Source of the DNA: Aquificaceae bacterium
GTDB lineage: Bacteria; Aquificota; Aquificia; Aquificales; Aquificaceae
Length of the DNA: 64,000 bases
Direction of reading: 5' to 3'
Assembly: GCA_037925075.1 (NCBI GenBank)
Contig: JAXSNR010000002.1
Location: forward strand, 512,001-576,000
Shown in pieces: positions 57,696-64,000 of this stretch. Position 1 is the stretch's first letter; every line of letters begins with the position of its first letter. The notes under the pieces were generated by a model. The model saw only the letters and a program-made list of their open reading frames with translations. It was not told the origin of the DNA and did not search any database. The position numbers and the translations under genes are program-made.

Positions 57696-57753
57696 TCCAA
57701 TACACTAATGCAGGAAGCCTAAATCCATAGATGAAGGTGTTAAAGTTATAAGG

Positions 57754-58023
57754 TCAAGCCATAGAGATTAAACCCTTATAATGGTCCACAATCATCCTTC
57801 TTATCTTTTCAAGAAGTTCCTTATCTTCTACTTCTACTGTAGCTCTCTTAGTGTCTGGGTTATACTCCGGCATGGATATAAAATAGCCTCCGTTCTTTGC
57901 TTCATACAACCTTATGCCTCTTATAAGTATCTTTCCATCAATTCTGACATCCGCGTAAGCAAGAAGCCTTGGTCTTCTCGTGGATACTTCAAAGGGATAG
58001 AAGTTAATGAGCTCCACTTTCAT
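57754..58023 (-). CDS. SpoVG-like nucleic-acid-binding protein
   Basis: LLAYADV.IDG.I.IRGIRL...KNG.FISMP pattern. Confidence 0.75.
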   Translation of the reverse strand: MKVELINFYPFEVSTRRPRLLAYADVRIDGKILIRGIRLYEAKNGGYFISMPEYNPDTKRATVEVEDKELLEKIRRMIVDHYKGLISMA

Positions 58024-58529
58024 ACCTTTTGTTTTTGAAGTTTTGAGTATTTTTCCAGAGCAAGCCTCCTCTTTAGTCCGTTGACTCTGTCTATAAAGGT
58101 TATTCCCATAAGATGGTCCATTTCATGCTGGAAAACTATAGCAGGAAAGCCCTCAAGCTCGTATTCCTTTTCTTCCCCATTTATGTCAAGGGCTTTTATC
58201 TTCAGTCTGTGGTACCTTTCCACTTCTATCATGAGTCCCGGAAAGGAAAGACAACCCTCTTTGTACTTTATGCTACCTTCAGCCGAGATAATTTCAGGAT
58301 TAATCATAACAAGTTTAAGGGGTGGGCCTTCCTTTTTTGGCGTGGTGTCCATAACCATAACCCTTAGGCTAACCCCTATTTGATTTGCCGCAAGGCCTAC
58401 GCCTTCCGCATGATACATGGTCTCAAACATGTCCGCAACCAGTTCTTTTATCTCCTTATCTATAACATCCACCTTCTGGGTGGGCGTTTTCAAAACGGGA
58501 TGAGGAAATCTAAGTATTTCCCTTACCAT
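58020..58529 (-). CDS. def: Peptide deformylase
   Basis: GVGLAANQIG, EGCLS, QHEMDHL. Confidence 0.97.
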   Translation of the reverse strand: MVREILRFPHPVLKTPTQKVDVIDKEIKELVADMFETMYHAEGVGLAANQIGVSLRVMVMDTTPKKEGPPLKLVMINPEIISAEGSIKYKEGCLSFPGLMIEVERYHRLKIKALDINGEEKEYELEGFPAIVFQHEMDHLMGITFIDRVNGLKRRLALEKYSKLQKQKV

Positions 58530-58577
58530 AAGGATAAAAGTTTATGCCCCTTCTCTGTAGTTTCAAGTCTTACCAAG

Positions 58578-58605
58578 TGTTGCATCATCGTTGCAACATG
58601 CAACA
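58578..58605. promoter_or_regulatory. Candidate upstream activator sequence for a sigma54 activator
   Basis: TGTTGCA-N7-TGCAACA followed directly by a second TGCAACA, 65-95 bp upstream of the -24 box. Confidence 0.6.
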
Positions 58606-58668
58606 CACAATTTAAAAAAATAGCCGTAAGAAATCATTGATAATTCCATGTTTAAAGACTTGTATCTT

Positions 58669-58685
58669 TTGGCATTGTGTTTGCA
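58669..58685 (+). promoter_or_regulatory. Sigma54 (-24/-12) promoter
   Basis: TTGGCATTGTGTTTGCA = GG-N10-GC. Confidence 0.85.
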
Positions 58686-58721
58686 TACTAAAAGGTGAAA
58701 ACCTTTAAAGGAGGTAAAACC

Positions 58722-59063
58722 ATGGCAACACTGAGCAAACTAAAAGAGCTCATGTCACTGCCGGGTGCAGTGGCTGCAGGAGAATTTTCCGATGATGGTA
58801 GGCTTCTTGCCTACTACGGCAACATTGATGAGAAGTCTGCAGAAATCGCAGCTATGATGTGTGCTGCCAACAAGCTCATGGGTAACATGCAGGCAAAGGG
58901 CTGGAGTGCCTACACAGGTCAGGGTGGCTTTTATCCAGTTTGTGGCTTTGCGGTCGCGGGAGGTAAATACGCCGCTTGCATAATGGGTAATGTGGGCGTG
59001 TTTGTGGAGCTTGATAAGGCGGACTTTGACAAAACCTTTGAAACCCTTTCAAAATACATCTAA
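58722..59063 (+). CDS. DUF2173 family protein
   Basis: LMSLPGAVAAGEFSDDG, AMMCAAN, GVFVE; SD GGAGG. Confidence 0.8.
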   Translation: MATLSKLKELMSLPGAVAAGEFSDDGRLLAYYGNIDEKSAEIAAMMCAANKLMGNMQAKGWSAYTGQGGFYPVCGFAVAGGKYAACIMGNVGVFVELDKADFDKTFETLSKYI

Positions 59064-59078
59064 AAGGAGGTGAAAACC

Positions 59079-59414
59079 ATGGCAAACCTTGACAGGCTTA
59101 TGAAGATCAAAGGAGTTTGGGCTGCGGGTGAGTTTACCGATGATGGAAACCTTGTCGCTTACAAGGGGAACATATCCGAAGAGCATGCTGCCATGGCTGC
59201 GGAGATGTGTGCAGCAAACAGTATGATGGCTAAGATGCAGTGCGACGGATACACTGCCTTTTCCGGGCAAGAATGGACACCGATGCACGGATGGGCTCTT
59301 ACAGGTCCCAAGTATTCCGTGTGTGTAATGGGCAACGTGGGCGTCTTTGTCAATAACGACGAGGTATCTTTCAACGAAGTGTTCAAAGCACTTAGAGAAG
59401 AAGCAGGTAAGTAA
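59079..59414 (+). CDS. DUF2173 family protein (tandem paralog)
   Basis: LMKIKGVWAAGEFTDDG, AEMCAAN, CVMGNVGVFV; SD AGGAGG. Confidence 0.8.
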   Translation: MANLDRLMKIKGVWAAGEFTDDGNLVAYKGNISEEHAAMAAEMCAANSMMAKMQCDGYTAFSGQEWTPMHGWALTGPKYSVCVMGNVGVFVNNDEVSFNEVFKALREEAGK

Positions 59415-59420
59415 AATCTG

Positions 59421-59449
59421 AAGGGAAGGTCCTGAGCCTTCCCCTTTTT
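59421..59449 (+). terminator. Intrinsic terminator after the DUF2173 pair
   Basis: GGGAAGG-tcctgag-CCTTCCC followed by CTTTTT. Confidence 0.7.
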
Positions 59450-59471
59450 AATCTTCTTTGGAGGTTATAGA

Positions 59472-59858
59472 ATGCACAAATTTCTTTCGGAAGATTGGAT
59501 AAAGGCTTACATGGAAGAGTGGAACAAAAACGAAAAGCTCAAGTCGGACCTCAAGGACTTTTCCGCAAGCATAAAGTATTACATAGAAGGCAAAGAGGGT
59601 GATGCGGTGGAGCTTGTGGTGGAAAAGGGCATAGCAAAATCTGCAGGAAAGGCAAACTCCCAAAAGTACGACTTTGAGCTGTGGGCAAGCCCGGAAAATT
59701 GGAAAAAGCTTGCCACAGGTGATATGGGTCCGCGTGCAGCTATGCTTACAAAAAGGTTAAAGTTCAAAGGCTCTATGATAACCGCCATGAAATATATGTC
59801 CGCCTTTGAAGAAAGCCTTAGGATAATGTCAAGGGTGCCTACAAACTGGGATTTATAA
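59472..59858 (+). CDS. SCP2 sterol/lipid-binding domain protein
   Basis: FLSEDWI, WKKLATG, AMLTKRLKFKG SCP2 pattern. Confidence 0.8.
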   Translation: MHKFLSEDWIKAYMEEWNKNEKLKSDLKDFSASIKYYIEGKEGDAVELVVEKGIAKSAGKANSQKYDFELWASPENWKKLATGDMGPRAAMLTKRLKFKGSMITAMKYMSAFEESLRIMSRVPTNWDL

Positions 59859-59866
59859 TTTAGCCT

Positions 59867-61432
59867 ATGGACTTTTCCTTCTTTGAGGGGCTTTTTGATG
59901 GCGTGCTTGTAATAGACGAAAACTTCAAAGTAGTTTATGCCAACGGGTCAGCCAAGAGGCTTTTAGGAGCTTATGAGCTTGAGGGTAGAGAATGCAAGGG
60001 TCTTTTTTCCATATGTGATTCCTGTCCCTTTGGGTATGTAAGGGAGGAGGGAGAGGGAGTTCAGGTTTATGATGTGGAAACTGTAAATTCAAGGCATGCC
60101 TGCTGGAGCATGTCCCCCCTTTATCAAGAAGAAAGGTTTGTTGGTGTGCTTGAGGTTTTCAGAGATGTAAGCAATGTGGTTCATTGTATAGTGGAGGCGG
60201 AACGTCAGAGAGTGTACAAAGAGACAATACTTAACTCCATAGTGGAAGCAATACTGGTGCTGGACCAAGAGGGTAATGTGGTAGAACACAACAGAGTTGC
60301 AAGCAGAATGCTTTGCAGAGAAGAAGAGGACATTTTGTTAGGTAAAAACATAAAAGAACTTATAAACCTCTCCCTTGAAGAGCTACCTCCAGAAGGTGAA
60401 AGGTCTGATATATTTGTAGAAACTCCCTGCGGAAGACAGAAAGCATCCCTGCTTGTTTCTCCCATGTCCTCTGGCTTTGGATACGTGGTCTCTCTCTATG
60501 TGGTCAATGAGGTGTCTGTGTGTGAGCTGGGAGAAGAGGAAACCATAATAACAAAAAGCCCCACCTTTCAAAAGGTGCTAGATACCATAAAAACCATAGC
60601 TGATTACGATGTAAATGTCCTCCTTGAGGGAGAAACGGGAACGGGTAAAAGCCTACTTGCTCGGTATATACACCATCTTTCTCCTAGAAGAAACGATCCT
60701 TTTGTAAAGGTAAACTGTGCCGCCATACCAGATAGCCTGCTAGAGGCTGAACTTTTTGGATACCTCAAGGGAGCTTTTACGGGTGCGGTAAAGGACAAGC
60801 CGGGTAAGGTGGAGCTTGCGGAAGGTGGCACACTATTTTTGGATGAAATAGGTGACATGCCTCTGCATCTACAGGCAAAAATTCTTCATCTAGTGCAAGA
60901 AAAGGAGTTTGAAAGGCTTGGAGACACAAAAACAAGAAAAGCAAACGTCCGTATAATGGCCTCCACCAACAAAAACCTAAGGGAACTTATAAAAAAAGGT
61001 GAGTTTAGAGAAGACCTATACTACAGGTTGAGCGTGGTAAGGCTTTATCTTCCTCCCCTAAGAGAAAGAAGGGAGGACATACCTGCTCTCATCAAGTATT
61101 TTCTGGAAAAATACGCAAAAAAATATTCAAGGAGAATAAAGGGCTTTTCTTCCGAAGCGATGAAACTTCTTCTATCTTACCACTTTCCTGGCAATGTGCG
61201 TGAGCTTGAAAACATGGTGGAGCATGCGGTTATTACCTGCAGGGGAAGCCTGATAAATCCCGAGGACATTCCAATAGATTTAGAAAGCCTTCAAAGCAAC
61301 CGAGAGGAGGAAAGGGAAAGGATAAAAAGGGTACTTGAGCAGGTTGGAGGAAACAAGACCCTTGCGGCAAGGATGTTGGGCGTGCACAGGACTACCCTGT
61401 GGAGGAAGCTAAAAGAATTGGGCATAGGTTAA
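59867..61432 (+). CDS. Sigma54-dependent activator with two PAS domains and Fis HTH
   Basis: [42 protein letters not shown]. Confidence 0.95.
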   Translation: MDFSFFEGLFDGVLVIDENFKVVYANGSAKRLLGAYELEGRECKGLFSICDSCPFGYVREEGEGVQVYDVETVNSRHACWSMSPLYQEERFVGVLEVFRDVSNVVHCIVEAERQRVYKETILNSIVEAILVLDQEGNVVEHNRVASRMLCREEEDILLGKNIKELINLSLEELPPEGERSDIFVETPCGRQKASLLVSPMSSGFGYVVSLYVVNEVSVCELGEEETIITKSPTFQKVLDTIKTIADYDVNVLLEGETGTGKSLLARYIHHLSPRRNDPFVKVNCAAIPDSLLEAELFGYLKGAFTGAVKDKPGKVELAEGGTLFLDEIGDMPLHLQAKILHLVQEKEFERLGDTKTRKANVRIMASTNKNLRELIKKGEFREDLYYRLSVVRLYLPPLRERREDIPALIKYFLEKYAKKYSRRIKGFSSEAMKLLLSYHFPGNVRELENMVEHAVITCRGSLINPEDIPIDLESLQSNREEERERIKRVLEQVGGNKTLAARMLGVHRTTLWRKLKELGIG

Positions 61433-61442
61433 AATATAGCTT

Positions 61443-61724
61443 ATGAAGGTTGTGGCAAGAAGTGTAAGTATAGAGGTGGTGGGTGAAATTGACAGATGCC
61501 ATGATGGTGAAAATTCAAAGTTCTACTGCCTGCCAGTTAGGATTCATTTTGACAACGGCGAGGTAAAAGACTACATGCTTAGAGCTCATGGAGAGCCAAA
61601 AACTCTAAAGGATCTTTTAGAAAACAAGAAGGGTCTTAAAGATAGGATGGAAAAATCCTTTGGTCTTACAGAAGAAGGAAAGGTACTATACGTGGGATAC
61701 TTGGAACAAACTTCTGACAGCTGA
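61443..61724 (+). CDS. Hypothetical protein
   Basis: 93 aa; TAAAAT 7 nt before ATG. Confidence 0.65.
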   Translation: MKVVARSVSIEVVGEIDRCHDGENSKFYCLPVRIHFDNGEVKDYMLRAHGEPKTLKDLLENKKGLKDRMEKSFGLTEEGKVLYVGYLEQTSDS

Positions 61725-62642
61725 TATATCCTCATGTATCTGTCTTTTTAGGTCTTCTACATTGGAAAACTTCCTCTCTTCCCTTAGAAACTTTAAAAAC
61801 TCCACCTTTATCTCCCTTCCTCTTAGATTTCCTTCAAAGTCAAGTATATGAACCTCCAAAACCCTTTTACTCCCTCCAAAGGTTGGCCTTTTGCCGTAGT
61901 TGGCAACGCCTATAAGACTGTTTTCAACCTTTACCGCATAAACCCCCTCCTTTAGACAAAGGTTTTCCGTGTTTTGTAGGTTGGCGGTAGGAAAACCTAA
62001 AGCTGAGCCCCTTCCGTCTCCGCTTATCACTTTTCTTTTTACTGTGTAGTTTCTTCCAAGGTACAAGGAAGCCTCCTCCAGCCTTCCCATATGAAGAAGT
62101 CTTCTGATGAGCGTACTACTTACCACATGGCCGTTTATCCTAAAGGGCTCTATCTCCTCCACCTCAAAGCCCAACTCTTTCCCCATCTCCTTTGCAAGCT
62201 CTATCTCACCCTCGCGCTTGTATCCAAACCTCCAGTCATAGCCAACCACAAGATGCCTGCACTTTAGGGTGTTCCAAAGAACCTCCTTTATAAACTTCTC
62301 CGCGGAAAGCAGGGAAAACCTTCTATCAAATCTTATAAAGACCACAAGGTCCACACCCCTATCAAGGATAAGCTCCGCCCTTTCTTTTATGTCTGTGAGC
62401 TCACATGGTGTATGTGCAGGGCTCAAAACCTTTAAGGGATGAGGATAAAAGGAAAGCACCACACTTTTTAACCCCTTTTCCTTTGCTCTTAATATGAGCC
62501 TTTCTAAAAGGTGCATGTGTCCCTTATGGACACCGTCAAAGTTGCCAACGGTTACAGCGGAAGGCTCTGTAATCTCCAGAACACACTCCAACCCCTTCAA
62601 GCACGCACTTTCATCTGTTTTCAAACACACTACCTTTTCCAT
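61686..62642 (-). CDS. ribF: Riboflavin kinase/FAD synthetase
   Basis: GNFDGVHKGH, SSTLIR, GFPTAN, EVHILDF. Confidence 0.96.
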   Translation of the reverse strand: MEKVVCLKTDESACLKGLECVLEITEPSAVTVGNFDGVHKGHMHLLERLILRAKEKGLKSVVLSFYPHPLKVLSPAHTPCELTDIKERAELILDRGVDLVVFIRFDRRFSLLSAEKFIKEVLWNTLKCRHLVVGYDWRFGYKREGEIELAKEMGKELGFEVEEIEPFRINGHVVSSTLIRRLLHMGRLEEASLYLGRNYTVKRKVISGDGRGSALGFPTANLQNTENLCLKEGVYAVKVENSLIGVANYGKRPTFGGSKRVLEVHILDFEGNLRGREIKVEFLKFLREERKFSNVEDLKRQIHEDISAVRSLFQVSHV

Positions 62643-63226
62643 AGTTTTCTTATCCTTTCCCAGAAGCTAAGCTCCTGTGAGACCTCCATGGTTTCCTTTA
62701 CCACAAACCTGTCCAGGTAATCGTCCAAAAGCAAAAACCTATCGCATACTTTTCTTAGTTGATAAGAACTTGTCCTCTTAAAGGTGGCGTTTTCAACCCT
62801 TTTGCCCAGCCTTTGCACCTCTTCTACCGTGTAGGAAAAATCGCTATCCCCACTTACAAGCACCGCGGTGTCGTATGCGTTCATGTACGCCAAGCTGAGC
62901 ATGTCCGTTGCCAGCATTATATCCACTTCCTTTTCTATATATTCACCCGAAGGAAGCCTTCTGAGCTTTGCCAACTTTACCTTTATCCCCTGAAAGGAGA
63001 GCTCCTCAAGAAACCTTCTCTGTCTGATGTAGCTTTCCCACTCTGAAGTGTTCTTTTTAAGGTCCTTTTCCTGAGGCACCGCTCCGTAAAAATAGACCCT
63101 TACCAACCTTCTGTCTTCCCTCAGAAATTCCACGAGTCTTTGGTAGTCTATCTTTATGTTCATATACCTTATGGCATGGAAAAGGTTAGAACCGTCTATG
63201 AATACTGAAACCCTTTCATAGTTCAT
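62630..63226 (-). CDS. NYN (LabA/DUF88) domain protein
   Basis: FIDGSNL, EKEVDIMLATD, LVSGDSDF, GKRV. Confidence 0.93.
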   Translation of the reverse strand: MNYERVSVFIDGSNLFHAIRYMNIKIDYQRLVEFLREDRRLVRVYFYGAVPQEKDLKKNTSEWESYIRQRRFLEELSFQGIKVKLAKLRRLPSGEYIEKEVDIMLATDMLSLAYMNAYDTAVLVSGDSDFSYTVEEVQRLGKRVENATFKRTSSYQLRKVCDRFLLLDDYLDRFVVKETMEVSQELSFWERIRKLWKR

Positions 63227-64000
63227 AGAGCGAATCGCATAAAGCAGGCAAGCCCGTCTATCTTTTTCTGAAGGCCATCTGAGAATATCACCTTTATCCT
63301 TGCTCTCTCCTCAAGGGCAAACTCAATTATTTCATCCACCACATCAGGAACTTGATAAACCTTATCCTCCAAAGGGCACTCTGGAGTAAGAAGAGGTAGA
63401 TGGGATTTTTCACACACATAACCTGGCTTTTGGAAGCTCTCAGGAAGGATAAGAAGCCTAACATTACCATTGTATAGCTGTTGCAAAACCTTTGACGTGC
63501 CATTGACAGCAAGACCCTTACCCTCTAACTCCTGCAACTCTTCCAGAAGTTTCTTTTCTTCTTCTCTACTTTTTTCCATGAGTAGCTGATAAACCTTTTC
63601 CCTAAGCTCTGCTTCCTCTACATAGGACGGGTTTGCGTTTATATAACCCACGAGCCTTTCCAGAAGGTAGGTATGAAGATGGTTTTCTATATCTTTTATG
63701 TCTTCCCTGTCAGAGCCTATGATAAGCTTGTCAAACTTGCTTTCCTTCCATGCTTCCATGAGGGCGTCCCCTGCGATCTTGAAAAGCCTGTGCTTTTCTT
63801 CACTTATCCTCATATTGAACCTATATTCACCAAAGGAGTGCTGAACCATGTTAGGACTGCCTATCCTCGCAGGCATAGAAAACCTCATAATCCCTTCCGC
63901 TCCTTTTAACATACGACCCCCAGAGTGGAACCTGTGAGCTCTTGTGGCAAGAGGCTCTACAAAGTCCAAAACTTCTTGCAAGCCTTCAAGGTCCATAAGG
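63223..64000 (-). CDS. Bacterial aeRF1-like (baeRF) protein, 5' end outside window
   Basis: Domain 2/3 pattern: LIIG, L.ERLVG, AVNG...GNVRLLIL, Cys knuckle, DVVDEIIE.A, RF at C-terminus. Confidence 0.75.
   Translation of the reverse strand, partial: LMDLEGLQEVLDFVEPLATRAHRFHSGGRMLKGAEGIMRFSMPARIGSPNMVQHSFGEYRFNMRISEEKHRLFKIAGDALMEAWKESKFDKLIIGSDREDIKDIENHLHTYLLERLVGYINANPSYVEEAELREKVYQLLMEKSREEEKKLLEELQELEGKGLAVNGTSKVLQQLYNGNVRLLILPESFQKPGYVCEKSHLPLLTPECPLEDKVYQVPDVVDEIIEFALEERARIKVIFSDGLQKKIDGLACFMRFAL

Noticed and set aside
1..64000. CRISPR array, rRNA or intact IS element
   Set aside because: No regularly spaced repeats, rRNA-like stretch or transposase ORF seen; almost all sequence is assigned to genes

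Overview
Densely packed chromosomal DNA from a thermophilic Aquificota bacterium, probably Aquificaceae (Hydrogenobacter/Thermocrinis-like). This is inferred from reductive-TCA genes including a citryl-CoA-synthetase-type subunit, TrpB2, bifunctional PGI/PMI, duplicated nuo sets, DUF2173 proteins and heavy ATA/AGG codon use. Contents: housekeeping genes (hisH, pyrF, queC, obgE, uvrC, argF, glmS, trmFO, trpB2, UvrD/PcrA, glyQ, rimO, trmD, def, ribF), tRNA-Leu(CAA), SRP RNA, an rTCA cluster, a 15.5-kb tandem double complex I cluster, xfp-ackA, a broken HEPN/MNT pair and a sigma54-driven DUF2173 operon. The most interesting item is a compact module at 56.0-57.7 kb: a nearly symmetric dif-like site (TGTTAATATAA-TTGCTA-TTATGTTAACA), a cluster of TTGACATCA-like repeats over a consensus promoter, an HTH plus coiled-coil gene, and a single Xer-like recombinase coupled to trmD. 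It is a candidate single-recombinase chromosome resolution/terminus system. Also notable are two nuoL paralogs sharing about 1.57 kb of apparently identical DNA with different C-terminal tails, and pervasive -10 boxes placed 5-10 nt before start codons (leaderless-type genes). No CRISPR array, prophage or intact IS was seen. All calls come from reading the sequence; no database searches were run.
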